64,000 nucleotides of DNA from Podarcis melisellensis (lineage: Eukaryota), in NCBI GenBank assembly GCA_964234715.1, contig OZ174289.1; one strand, given 5' to 3'. The translations under genes were made by a program, and so were the position numbers. The notes below the pieces were generated by a model. It was not told the origin of the DNA and did not search any database. It saw nothing but the letters and a program-made list of their open reading frames with translations. Of this stretch, positions 10,001 to 22,894 are shown in pieces. The stretch's first letter is position 1, and each line of letters opens with the position of its first letter.

Positions 10001-13000
10001 TAAAAGAGTAGGGAAAATATTCGTTCTTCTCAAATTCGCTTTCTAGCCGAGTTCTTCTAGCAATTTAACTTCGGGGGACTTTACAGGTGAAATTCCCAGT
10101 TATTGATCTGCCCAGGACGTCATCTCCAAGCCCCGGGCTGCTTTCCCATTAAACTAACAACCCTGTCCCACCCCCAGTGCAAAAGTTGGGTAGAATAACT
10201 GCAAAGCACCAATCATAACCTCTCCAAAATGTGTCCAATGTTTTTAATCAGCTCGCAGGCCAAAAGGCGTCGGCTAATAAACGTTCGAGGAAGTAGTTTA
10301 TTCGCCTGCCATAAACATGTACGCGATTCCGGCGTAATTAAATGCAAACCACAAAGCGAACGAGACGTTTTCATTGTAGCGCTCAGTCAGAGCAAAAGGA
10401 ATCACGTGTACATTTGAACTTCAGAGATCTGAGCTGGGATAAACAAGTCTGAACTCTGACAAAGAAAAAAAATAGAGGGGGTGCAGTGGGATGGGGAAGG
10501 AGGTGGGGTGAGATATCAAAGTGCTAATAGAATCGAGGAAAGAGTTTGGGAGCGCAGAAAGGGGGCAAGAAACCGCTCGGTTAGCATTTGGGGTGTCAGT
10601 CTGGAGCGTCAACCCTCAGTTTACTGCAATGTATTTAATGGCACATCTAAAATTGGGGCGTGGGGGTGGTCCGTGGAAATCAGGCGCTCTATAGGCCCAG
10701 TGCTATGGGACAATATCCTACAGAAGCGAGGCAAAAATGAAAAGGCAGAGCTGAATGAATGGCTGGTCCTTGGAAAGAAATAATGAAACCAACAGGAGTA
10801 ACTTTGCAAAGGTGTTTGATTTTTTATTTTTGGTCTTTGGTGGTTAATTTAGACTCCTGGGCAACGTTTTAAATATTGGTTGGATGGGAGCGTGAAAGAA
10901 TGATTTACTTATCTTCAAGATATCTATTCCGGATAAAGAGAGCCTTTCACTCTTAAGAGTCATCCAGGCATCTTCACTCCAAGATCATAAACACGATTAT
11001 TTAACACACAAAGAAAGAAAGAAACAAAAACCACGTCCCATTTATGGATCCAACTAGACTATCTGCACTCCACATACGCACACCCATGTGACACGTAGCA
11101 AAATGCTCAAGGAAAGGGATCAAAACTCGATCGCTTTGATGTCCACATTAAACTGATATAGTCAAGGGTTTGTAAGACGCTTTCAGACATTTTATGAAAG
11201 AAGGGAATAAAATAGGTGGCAGATAGATCACAGGTACCCATATTTGCCAATTTCTATCACATACAAGTTTCACGCTGTCTATTGTTGCTTAAAGGACACA
11301 AAAGTCTTACTAGAATACGTATGTAGACGCCAGCGGATCAACTATCATGCAATCGCTGGAAATTTGTCCTATATTTGATATATGAATTCCTGTCTTTATA
11401 TTCTATCTCTCCATCTCTTCTTTTAAGAGAAGAGCAGGATGTACGGCTGTGAGGGTTAAAGGACAGACAAACAGAGAAACATGTCACAGACATGTTTGGG
11501 CATATATGGTTTGGGCATCCATGCTGTCCTTTTGATCATCTCAGTTGAGAAGCCCGATCTTATGTGCTAAAGCACCGAATACGTCTAGAACAAGAATCAC
11601 TACGAAAAATGACAACACAATTTGCCAAATCTGTCTCCTCCGTCCATTTGTGGGGGCCGGAGAGGGGGAGATGTCCTTGTTGTTTGAAAAATCCGTGCAG
11701 AACCTCTCTTCGGCTCCCTTCCTTTCTGTTTCCCAACTCTGGTCCACCATCATCCCACACAAATTCAGATGCCAGGCTTGCTAAGGTGCGGGTTCAGACG
11801 TACCATTATTGCTTTGAGGTTCCGCCAATGGCACCAGTGTCAAAACATGTGAACATGATTTTGGCTGCGAGCCTCCTTAGAAAGAAAAAGGCAAATGGAA
11901 GTGTTTGCGTGAAGATCACTTCAACTTCCGTCATTGACAGTATTTCCAATAAAAGAGCTTTTAATAATTATATTTTTTGATTGATGTTTCCGTTTTTTAC
12001 ATCGGTTAAATCCAGGTATTCGGAGGGTTAAGTAGCACGTGGGAAAGGCTGACTGTAGCATTTGCATCTTAGAGAATGGAAGGGGGCATCGCATTAATGC
12101 CCCTGTGTAAGAAATGCTGGTTCCATCGAGGCATTCGGGGAAACGTTCCACTGTCCTCTGGGAATGTGGGCTATTGGATTTTGTAATGGGCTAATAAAAT
12201 GTTCCATAAATGAAATTTTATTCTTTTATTATGATTAATGGTGTTGCAAACAGCTGGTGCTGGGACACTGCGATATGTAAGCAATTTATGGGAAGAAGAG
12301 TTTATTGCCATATTTGAACCTCTATTCACAACAATTCTGAGCGCAGTTCTGGAAAGGCGATTTCCTTCCGCTCCTATATAGAACGACCTTCACATACAGC
12401 CAAGCTACTGATTTTCGCCTGTGATTTATATAAACAAGCGATCCTCCTCCTCCTCTCTTTCCAAGGCCTTGGGGTTCTCCGCATCAGGAGGGGGATTCAA
12501 AGCCACTCTTCTTGCTACGGCAACAGACTACTCATACCCATGCCAACAAAAACCTGTCTTATGAGATCTCCCTCCCCACGTCTCCAGTTAGGAAGCGAGA
12601 GAGAATTGGGATGGGGAGCGGAAGCCAAGGATGAGACCGGAGACTTCCCCAGCTTAGAGAAAGTCAATCTCTGCCCCCCCCCCAATCGTCTTTCCTTTCA
12701 ATAACCTTTCCTTGTCATTTTACACGCAATATAATTTTGAGCGCAATTAACGATTGAAAATAAATTGGGTGTGCCTGATCACTACAAATCTTAAAACGCA
12801 CCCACCCTTGTTACAAAGTTACCCCACCCGTTATGTATCTATCTGTCCGTCTGTCTATTTTATCTGTCTCTGATCTTTCCATCTGTGTGGTAATATAGCA
12901 TCCTTCTGAATGTTTGTACCCGATATTACTGCCTTCCCCATGAGCAACGTAATCTAACGCCTATCGACGCTTATCCTTACACCACGGGGCGTTAAATTAT

Positions 13001-13486
13001 ACTAAAGGTTTGGTGGGCTGTCCAGTGTTGTTGCGACATAAGTTTTTGTGCTTTGAAATCCACTTTTATCAGGTGCATGAAGGGGAACCCACAGTTAGGA
13101 ACTGAACCCTCCTTAATAGAAGCCTGTCTGTGTTTGTCGGAAATATCTTTCAATGTTTCTGCAACAGACACCAATTTAAGGTTCAGTGCGCGCGGGCGCA
13201 CACACGTGTGAATATGGCAAAGATCCCTGCATCCAAGGGGGTTAACCTTGTTAGAGTTCTCCTGCAGCAAGAGCAGCCAAGAGTCTCTTTCGGGACCCTT
13301 GGAGGCTCACGCGTTTGTTTGTTATGGGAGACAAGCTTTTCTGACCGTGCATCTTATGAAGAAGTGGGCTGTGGATCGCGAAAGCCGATGCCGTCGCAAA
13401 TCTGTTGGTCTTTAAAGGCGCCGCAAAACTCTTGCTTGTTCTTTTTCTCTCGGTCTTTCTTTTCGGCGCTAACTCGAAGAAGGAGA

Positions 13487-13515
13487 GAGGAGGAGGAGGA
13501 GGAGGAGGAGGAGGA
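13487..13515. repeat. (GGA)n microsatellite
   Basis: Read directly from the sequence. Confidence 0.9.
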
Positions 13516-15570
13516 GAATGAAAGCGAGATGGGGGAGGTGGGGAAGAGGAAGGAAAGAAATTTGCGAATATCTCAATCAGTGACGAAGTGACCTGTGACC
13601 CGGAGGGTGGCTTTATTGTCCTCCTCCTTTTGCGTGGGACATACACTGTATTGACCCTTTCTGCCTGATTGAGCCCTGAGGGGCAACCGGAGCAAACAAT
13701 CCCTCCGCAGGCATGTGGGGGCTTAGAGAGAAGTCGCCATCCTTCCTCCGGGATCAGTTGGAAAGCCACTGGGAGACTTGGCCTCTGTCTGGGCAGACAA
13801 GCTCCCCACCCCCGAGCCCCAAGGATGCAGCTCCCCCACCAAAACAACAAAACAAACCCAAAACTAACCGTGCCTGTTTGGGGTTTGAAGGAAACCCGAA
13901 AGGGCTGCGGGGAGGGGGCATCAAAAGAGGGAAGGAGATGCGGCGGCTGGGATAGATCAGGGTTCAAAGGCTCCGTCCGAAATAAAGAAGGTTGCGATCA
14001 TCGAAGGCACCGCTACTCTTTCCTGGAATTTAAAACGGGATTTGAGGAGAGGAGGATCAGTCGGGCTTGCCAGCGCGGACCTCTCGCCTCGCCCATTCAC
14101 GCCCTTTCCTAAAGTTCCGAATTCGATCTGCCCGGACTCGAAGGTTCTGCGGCCCTTTCATCTTTTTCTCCTGTCGCGAGAAAGTTCGGTGCATCTTTAC
14201 AGAAGCCGCCCGGGCGCGCTCGGGTGGAACTGCGTTTCTTAAAGAAGAAGGGGTGTTTCTTTCAGCAAACAAGATTGGAGAAGTGTCGCGTGTTGCTGCT
14301 TTTAAGTGGCATCGTTGTTCTTGTTTGTGTGTGGAGGGTGTGCGCGCGGATGTTTAGGAGAGACGGCTGGAGAATGTGAAAAACGGGCTGAGCGACGAAG
14401 TAGGAGAGGAAAGGTGTGCCTTTAAATTCGCGCCTCCTCCTTGTATTTAGAGAAAACCGTCGGAGACGGGCAAGGGGATGTCGGGCGGAAGGAGGAGGCC
14501 AAAAACGAGGCGGAGTGCTCTAGCTCTTGAGGGGAAAGCAGAAGAAGAGTGTATAATGACCCGACAGAGCATGCTGCGCCCTGTATTCTAAAAAAGCCCT
14601 ATCTATTGAGGCGACATTAGAAAAAGCCAATGGGATGGGTCTTTCTGCACCCCTCCAATTCCAGCACCGGATTCAGCCGCCTTAAATAAGTATCTCTTTC
14701 TAAGAATTCTGGGTTTCGCGAGTGGGCGACGCTGATGGGTAGGACTTCCACCTACTTCCACCACTTTGTACGTGAGCTGTAATGGTCCAGGAGGAGACTC
14801 CTGGAGCTCCGGAGACTTATCTTTTTAAAAGCCCTTTGCTATGTAGGCTGTTTGTCTCTCCACCTTTTCACAGATTCTATATGCCAAGTGGAATGGGGAG
14901 CAGCGGCTTACAAACCGGAAAAGAGGCCTTTGCAATTGGGGGAGGATTGAGGGGATGTCCTCCCCCCCCCTTTCTTTCTCCCATGCTCAGGCATGTATGG
15001 AGGGATTGTGGCAAACTCAGCGGAGGAGGTTCATTTCATGGAGCAATATTGTCTTCCTCCATCTCATACCCTTGTACCTCTTCCCATCTGAGGGTGTCTA
15101 GGTTCCTCCACACCATAGGAGCTTATGAAACCAACAAATTTCATTGATCCATCCAGACTTCCATGATCTCCTCTGACTGACAGAAGTGCTTCAAAGCCCC
15201 CAGTGGAGCATAGGATACTATAGGGCTTCCTTGCTACTCCTGCAGCTAATGAGGTCAGCTATGAGACCACCATGAGGTTTTTCAGGCAAGCCAGCTAACT
15301 GGTTCTGGGTGTTAAAATCCCATGGGTCATCTGCCTCATTTAAGCCAATGTCTCAGGGAGACAGAGAATTACTGGCTGAACATCTGGAGAAGGTGTCCAA
15401 GGCTTAGTGAGTGGCAGAGGTGGGACTTGATCCTTTCCGCCACATCTCCACCCACTTTTGGGTACAAAATTCTAACTATTGGCCACATTGCCTTGTTCCA
15501 CTGTGTCTGTGAATCTGGGGGTGGTGGCTCTTTAATCCAGATTGATGAACATGGTAATAATACCACAGAG

Positions 15571-15755
15571 AAGGGCTGTGGCTCAGGGGTAGAACATCTG
15601 CTTTGCATGCAGAAGGACTCAGCTTCGATCCCCAGCATCTCCAGGTAGGGAACAAAAAGAGGTCTCTATATGAAACCCTCAAGAGCTGCCAGTCAGTGCT
15701 AACCTAGAGGGACCAAATAGTTTTGTTCACTTTAAGGCCGCTTCCTTTGTTTCTA
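15571..15755 (+). mobile_element. tRNA-derived SINE (Squam2-like)
   Basis: A-box-like gtggctcaggggtagaacatctgctttgcatgcagaagg, B-box-like ttcgatccccagc, and a body ending aaggccgcttcctttgtttct. Many paralogous copies occur in the window. Confidence 0.75.
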
Positions 15756-15776
15756 TTGCAATAGTATGGCCACTGA

Positions 15777-15838
<62 letters not shown>
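15777..15838. repeat. (AAT)n microsatellite
   Basis: Read directly from the sequence. Confidence 0.95.
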
Positions 15839-15841
<3 letters not shown>

Positions 15842-16055
15842 CAAATTATTTTGGGTTGTCATATTTCAGGCTACCATCCCAAACACATTTACTAAGGAGT
15901 AGACCTCACTGAACATGTTAGTGTTTTATAATCAGTCCAGGTTCCCTGATATTTTATTGTTAAATGGTTGAAGTGACTCATATGTTGACATGTGTACTAC
16001 AAGGCTACAAATATTTTAAATAAATCATTCTGAGTACTCAGTATTTAAACTTGCT

Positions 16056-16300
16056 GAGAGCCAGTGTGGTGTAGTAGTTAAGACTCGTAATCTGGTGAAC
16101 CGGGTTCGCTTCCCCGCTCCCCCACATGCAGCTGCTGGGTGACCTTGGGCTAGTCACACTTCTCTGAAGTCTCTCAGCCTCACTCACCTCACATAGTGTT
16201 TGTTGTAGGGGAGGAAAGGAAAGGAAAATGTTAGCCACTTTGAGACTCCTTCGGGTAGTGATAAAGTGGGATATCAAATCCAAACTCTTTTTCTTCTTCT
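16056..16300 (+). mobile_element. Squam3-type SINE (CORE/tRNA-derived), young copy
   Basis: GAGAGCCAGTGTGGTGTAGT head, CORE-like gggtgaccttgggctagtcac, and a 3' end gatatcaaatccaaactc(ttc)n. Confidence 0.8.
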
Positions 16301-17449
16301 CCTTGCTCTGGACATTACTTAATGCCCTGTTGTTACACTGCTAAGGCACATTAGACTGAATTAACTGAGAAACCTGGCTTTCCTCAACATGTAAGGCACT
16401 TTCTTGGCAGTTTTTGAACCAGGGTGGTTGGTTTACAGGCATGCAAAGTTTATGCATACATCTGTGTGTATGGGTTTCTTCTCCCACATGGAACCTACAC
16501 CCAAGAAAATCAAACAAGTGCTTGCAAACATCCAAACCACATCTGTTCCCTGCAGGCCACAGGCCACAACCCTTCCTTTCCTTTTCAAAGGCATATACTG
16601 GTAATCACAGATGACTCTCCAGCCTGCGCTTACTCACACACAGACATACTGTCCACTACATGCTCACAAAACCAAGACTCAGTGTGCTTGATCCTGTGCT
16701 CTAAACACACAACCAGTCATATTTCAGTGTGTATGGAGAAGGAAATCCCTTTCCAGACACATTTCCTGGGCAACACATAGAACCCCATCTGAGGTTGAGG
16801 AGCGTCTCAAAAAAGACACATGTGCATAAGTTACGCACAGCTAATCACACTACATTTCTCTGCAGTAACAGCAAACCACAGATTGCCTTTGTTATTATTA
16901 CATTAATACCTTTGCCTTCGTCCAGTGAATTCAGGGAACTGTATGTGACATTCCCTCCCACCCGTTTTATTCTTTTGCCTTAGACCCTTTACAGCTGCTG
17001 GCAGTCAGAGTAGACAATACTGGGATAGACTGACAAATAGCTTGAGCTTATATAATAAGGCAGCTTATTATGTTAGGCCAAGGGTTTGTGGCTTGTAGGG
17101 CCGGGGCTGCAGTTTTAAATTCTAGACTTAATGGCTTACATGAAATGTCGAGAGGAAAATGTATACTACTTAACTTGCTTCTCTAGAAAATTGTGGTATT
17201 TGCCACTGATCATTTACAGCACCTCTCTTTCCTTCTTTACTCTTTTGCATTGAGCACACAAAAGGTCAGGAGAAGGAAGAGGTGTGTCTCTGTTTGTACA
17301 CAGATAAGGGGATATATTGGCTTCCCTGAAGTCGTTCCCCACACCCCCAGTGCCAAATGCTGTTGATATGTGGTTTGCTCAAGGTGATATTATACTAGCA
17401 GTTAATATTTCCTACATCTAGAGCTAACTCCTACTCTAACTCGTACTCT

Positions 17450-17775
17450 GGCTGGGGACCTCTATGCCTATGGCTGAATATGGCTCTCTTACGTCCCTTA
17501 ATCTGACCCTCAGAACTCTTCCCAGGCCACACCCTTCATTAGCCCTACATTAAAACCGAAGTGTTCTTGCTAGGGCGGAACAAATTATTGAGTATTGATA
17601 ATGGCTCTTGCTTCAGGAACAGGGTAGGAGGTGAAATGTGTATAGAAACTATTCTACAACGTAAAGGCAAAATGTACATTTGCTGCTCACTCACTTTTGC
17701 CTCTGGCTCCACCTACCATTGGCATGTGTCTAGAAGGGAATGCAGACCTCAGACTGAAAATGGTTCCCCACTCCT
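17450..17775. mobile_element. hAT/Charlie-like non-autonomous DNA transposon
   Basis: Ends ggctggggacct... and ...ggttccccactcctg. Related, in opposite orientation, to 59401-59771. Confidence 0.55.
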
Positions 17776-17790
17776 GTCCTACTATCTAGA

Positions 17791-17915
17791 TCAGGGAAAG
17801 AGAGGCTCTGGCCCTTCCAGATGTTGATGGACTCCCAGCTCCCTGATTATTGGCCATGCTGGCATGGGGCTGATGGGAGATGAACCTCTGGAGGACTACA
17901 ATTTTCCCATCCCTG
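17791..17915. mobile_element. Short palindromic hAT-type MITE
   Basis: CAGGG...CCCTG termini with the internal ccagatgttg-ggactc-cagctccc motif shared by other copies in the window. Confidence 0.6.
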
Positions 17916-18539
17916 ATCCAGATCATCAAAGAGCCACATACATAAGAAGAGCCTTGATGGATCAGACAAGAAGGTCTGTCCAGAAACCTGTTTCCAGCTG
18001 TGACCACCCAGATGCTTTGAGGAAGTCAGAGCATGAAGGCATTCTTGATTACTTAAACTAAAAGACTAAAACTAGCCTATCTGATCTTCCTTTAAGCTGC
18101 AAAGGGATGGCACTCTGCTGAAGGAAGGAAGAATAATATCTAATAAATGTATCTTCTCCTCTCCTAGCACCTAATCACTTGCTGTATGCAACAACACACT
18201 TCCTTTGATTCCCCAGGCCTAGTTCCAGAATGAATTATCAGAGCACTGAACTTTGCCAGTGCTGATCAGGTCCTGAACTTTATCCACAACCCAGTCAGGC
18301 TGATTTTATTGTTGTCAGTATTTTCAGAACTGGTCATGGTGGTGATGGCAGTAATTGTATTTTATAGGTCATTTCCACCCTACTTTAAAAGTATCCCCAA
18401 AATCAGCACACATAAAAGCAATAAATAAATATACACATTTGCAGGGTGATACAACTTCTCTATAAAATAACCTAATGGTGAATCAGATGGAAAAACAGCA
18501 GGCTAAATGGGTCAGTGAAGGCCAGCTCATCCACACACC

Positions 18540-18870
18540 TCGTTCAGTGCTTAAACTCCAATATTAGAGCATCCTCAGCCGATGGCTGACAACTTCAGGC
18601 AGGCAAAGACTTCTAGCCAGGGAGAGATCACTACTCCTTCAGCTAATTGCCTCCACCTAAAAATTACTCTTACCACAAAGTTTCTTGGCTGAAACGTTCA
18701 TCCAAAATTGACTCTCTTATAACTTAAACACAAAAGATCTAGTCCTGTTCTCTGATGCACCAAAGGACATGTGTTTGCCCTCTTCTGTCTGACAGCCCTT
18801 CAGTTATTTGAAGACTACTGCCACGTCCACATCCAAGTCTTTTGTTCTCTAAGCTAAACATAACCAGTTC
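18540..18870 (-). mobile_element. Old CR1 LINE 3' fragment
   Basis: ccctcttctgtctgacagcccttcagttatttgaagact...tctctaagctaaaca is typical antisense CR1 ORF2 3' sequence. Confidence 0.6.
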
Positions 18871-19429
18871 AGCTTAGATCTCTTTATGGATGTCCCCTCT
18901 CAGCAGCTTGTGAACTTTAAACTGATGGAAAGGTCTTCCAGAATTGGAAAGTCTTATCTAGTGACAAAAGGTGGTAAAATTTACCTTAGGAGTGAATGTA
19001 GCTGCCAGGAACATTTTGTTCCATGACAGGGGTCCATGTTGAATGGACTGAGAGACCCAAATAATCCCAGGAGCTGCTAAACACAAGTATTTGATTGTTT
19101 ATTCTTACGTTATACCCATTTTTTGCTGTATAAAGTGAGAAAGAGGGGGGAGAGAGAGAGAGATCATTCAGAATGTCTTACAATCACACTTTCTATGGCT
19201 CCCTTCAAAACACCAGACTGGACTACCAGCATTGACCGCCTGCATGGGGCTACCCTTCTTTACTTTGTAGAATCACAAGTTTAATTGCAGTGGAAGAAGA
19301 TTAGAGCAGTGCTCCTGCACCTGCTCTGGTTTTGACCTATAAAGCACCCAATGCAATCCTATGCTTACTTCAGTGATACTAACTTCCAAGTAAATATACA
19401 CCAGGCACCCTTACCTCTCAGACGCCCAT

Positions 19430-19690
19430 TCAGCCTGTGTAGCATAGTGGGTAAAGACTGAACCATGAAATCAGGAAGTCCATGGATGAAACCTTACCCC
19501 TGCCAGGAATTCCCACAATGGCCTTAAGCAAGCTGCTCTGTCTGATCCTCAGCCTTTCCCATCTGCAACATGGGAGGTAATAATACTGACTTGCACTGCA
19601 GGATTGTTGTAAAGGTTACAGTCAGGTAATATATGTGAGCTTAATGCTTTGGGCAGCTGGACACACCATTCTAGTGCTAAGTATTATAAT
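19430..19690 (+). mobile_element. MIR-like CORE SINE (ancient)
   Basis: tRNA-like head gtgtagcatagtgg, CORE ggccttaagcaag...cctcagcctttcccatctgcaacatggg-aataatac...caggattgttgtaaagg, tail tgctaagtattat. Confidence 0.7.
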
Positions 19691-19959
19691 TCTCCTTTGT
19701 GTCCAGGTGATAGCACCTGGGCACCAAATCAAGGCACAAACAGGCATCCTTTACTTTATGCCTCTGGAGCAAGCTTCTACTGGAGCATTTTATTTCTATG
19801 AAAATGTGTTTTCTTTATCTAGGCTGGCTTTTCAAGTAGGTATGGAGCAATACAGATGTATTGTAGGATTACCACCCACCTTTTAACAACGGGGAATATC
19901 AGATTCTGATTTTAATGTTGCTTCTCCATGCTGATACATTGAGATAGTGTTAGAAGAGT

Positions 19960-20160
19960 ATGCAAATCCGTGGAGGATAAGACTACCAATGGCTACTAAC
20001 CATGGTGGCTATGTGCTCACTCCAGGGTTGGAGGCAATCTGCCTCAGATCGTACTTGCAGACATTACCATTAAGGCACCAGGTTGGCCACTGTGAGAACA
20101 GGATGCTGGACTAAATGAGCCTTTGGCCTGACCCAACAGCCAGCTCTTCTTATGTTCCTA
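19960..20160 (+). mobile_element. CR1-type LINE 3' end
   Basis: ...ttggccactgtgagaacaggatgctggactaaatgagcctttggcctgacccaacagccagctcttcttatgttc tail. Confidence 0.65.
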
Positions 20161-21365
20161 GGGTGGGTTAAAAATAAACTGAATTTTGAGAGAGGGGGAG
20201 CAACTCTAGAGACTGACTTTTTGCTTCCAAATTTCCAAACACATCATATTCAGATGATGATGATTATCCTCCATTTGTTACAGTGGGTTTTATAACTCTT
20301 CCATGACTTGAGATCAGGGCTTTTTATCCTTAAAGCTGCCACCACACCCTCCCTTTCACGCATAGAGTTCATAGTGGCATTTGCTACAAGCCAGAAGTTG
20401 GCAGCAAGTGCTAAACCCACGAAATCCCTTGGGCTGCCACAGGATTTAAATCTAGTATGGATTATTCGTAAAGATAACATTTAGTTAGGAGTGCGCTCCT
20501 CCAGCTGAAACCACGTCCAGTCTTTAGGACGTTGTACATTTACGTATGCAGAATTTCTGTCGTTGTTGGACTCTGCTGAGGGCTATTGAAACAGGGAAGT
20601 GATATCTCAGGACCTTAACATCGGCTGGGAGCGAGTTCCGAGTTTCTCGAGAGTTGTAGCGATAGTACGAATGGGCTTCCTTCGCGCACGCGGGTGCATC
20701 ACCTAGTGTTGGAATTATCAAGCGGTGAATGGGATCGTGTGAACCAGCCCAAGGAAAGCGGGGCGGGGCGGTGGAAACAGTAGCCTAGTGAAAGCAATTC
20801 ATGCTTAGCATATAGAAGGTCTCTAGGCAGGACTGGAAAGGACCTGGAGGGCCGCTTACTTCGAAACACACAATAGCGTCTGCCTTCAACAGTAGTAGCG
20901 GTGGTGGTAACAGCAGCAGAGATCTAGCTTTCCTGGGGTCCCAGGCGCCTGGGAGCTGTCCGCGGTTACTCAGAGAAAGAAAGGCACTTTGCACATCCGC
21001 AGAGGTACCGTTTTGGTATTACTTTCCCATGTGTCTTGGCTGACCTCGGCGCTAAACCACGTGTCCCCCGCCCTCCCCGCCCAGCCTCCCCAACCCCAAA
21101 TCTTGCTTCCTCTAATTCTCTGTTAGGGAAAGATCAGTAAACCGAGTCTCAAAGGCAAAAACGCTACTCGCTTGCGTGCGCGTAGGCGAGGAACAGAGGC
21201 AACTGCTTCTGAATGACCTGTACACTATACAGTACTCAAATTTGAGTTCTGCGGTTGGTTTCAGTAAGGTGTATAGCGCCGAGCTGAGCGGGGTGTGTGT
21301 GTTAGATTTTTGTTTTATTTCCCCTCTTTCTTTCTCTTCCCGTTCTTCATCTTCTATTCCTACCA

Positions 21366-21366
<1 letters not shown>

Positions 21367-21439
<73 letters not shown>

Positions 21440-21547
21440 CTAATTCCACTTTTCCCTTCCCCCTTTTCTTCCTTCTCTTCCTCTTTCCTTCTATCCATTT
21501 TATTATTCTCCCTTCCTTTTCCTCTTCCTTCCTTTTTTCCTCCCTCC

Positions 21548-21618
<71 letters not shown>
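21367..21618. repeat. Compound (TTTC)n / polypyrimidine tract
   Basis: Two (TTTC)n arrays (~21367-21438 and ~21550-21618) joined by CT-rich sequence. Confidence 0.95.
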
Positions 21619-21620
<2 letters not shown>

Positions 21621-22079
21621 TCTGCCTCTCACCTCTGGAAGGCAAAGACTCTGTGCTTTTACCCGCGGTCTGGCTGTCAGAAATTCAACAGGTGCAGCTC
21701 TCCCTCCTCCCCGCTTCCCTGCCTCTCTCTTATGCAAGCCTTGCCACTAGAAGCTCGCCCTGCTCCCTTTCCGATTTCCCACAGCCGTATTTTGCCTATG
21801 TTAACATTTTAAATTGTAAGCCGCCTTTAAAATTGTGAGCGGCATATAAATCAAGGAAGCACAAAGACCGAAGCCAACTGGTAAAGGCTCAATATCTCGC
21901 GGGAGGGAGGTGACATGACTTCCTGGAGGCCATCTATAAATGTCCTGAGCGTTTGTACGAATTCCTTAGGAGATGCAACTTTCACGCACATTCCCCCCGT
22001 CATTTTAAACCTTTGTTGAGATTGAGTGGAGTGAGACACGCACTGACACACTTTTTTTGGTCTCCCATACCTAATTTAA

Positions 22080-22262
22080 TTTTGTTTATTGCATGTTATA
22101 TGCCACCATTCTCCTCAATGAACTCGGTGCAATGCGCATGGTTTTCCCGTACCCGTGTTGTTCCCACAACCACCCTGTGAGGTAGGCTAGGCGGAGAGGC
22201 AGTGACCTGTCAAGGTCACCCTGTGAGCTTCAAGGGCTGGGTGGGGTTTCAAACCCTGGTCT
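22080..22262 (-). mobile_element. CORE-type SINE fragment
   Basis: cacaaccaccctgtgaggtagg...aaggtcaccctgtgagcttc...ggggtttcaaaccctggtct is antisense CORE SINE sequence. Confidence 0.65.
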
Positions 22263-22894
22263 TTCTTTCACCCTCTCGCTCCTCCCTCCCAACTGCATCT
22301 CCCCCTCAAACACTGAGAAAGACTCCCCGCTTTCCAGCCATGGAAATGCCTCTCTCTGACGCTTGTGTTTAGACAGGACAGCAGCTCACACCTCTGCCAC
22401 CGACTCTTTATGTGGTCCTGGGCAAATTACATTGACTGGAGAGAAAACCGTGATTTACACGCCTTTGCCAGTTCAGGGTGCCCTGGAAAGTATAACTAGA
22501 TATCAAGTGAAAGCAGGGCAATTGCGTTTCACACTTGGGGTGGAGGGACACTCTCTAAAAGACAATAGAAAGCGCCCTTGGGCGTTACCTTCCTCGTTAA
22601 TCTAAGATGGGAAGTGTCAAATTAATCGCCTCTCTCAACCCGCTTGGAATCTGCTACCGAAAGATCCCGCAGGATCGAATGAGGATCCAGTTTACCCTAT
22701 CCCCGGAACTGGGAACGGGGGGAGAGAAGCAGACCACCCTCCCTTGCCAGTAAATCGATTGTTCTAAACTTCTGCAGTGGGATACTCAGAAAAGAGAAAC
22801 ATGGAAAAGAGAAAGATCAGCAAAAGTATTAGCAGTTGATGTAACAGACAAACACACAAACACCCCGCCGCTTGGAACAGGCACGTGCAAAAAC

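Noticed and set aside
10935-10970. Minus-strand CTGGATG-ACTC-TTAA-GAGT-GAAA hammerhead-like string
   Set aside because: The core does not fit CUGANGA and no supporting helices I/III are evident.
21112-21838. Long ORFs rich in KKER / FFLS
   Set aside because: Translations of the (TTTC)n microsatellite.
22363-22605. ORF containing TGEK as a possible ZIC6 remnant
   Set aside because: No Cys/His zinc-finger spacing around it; chance match.
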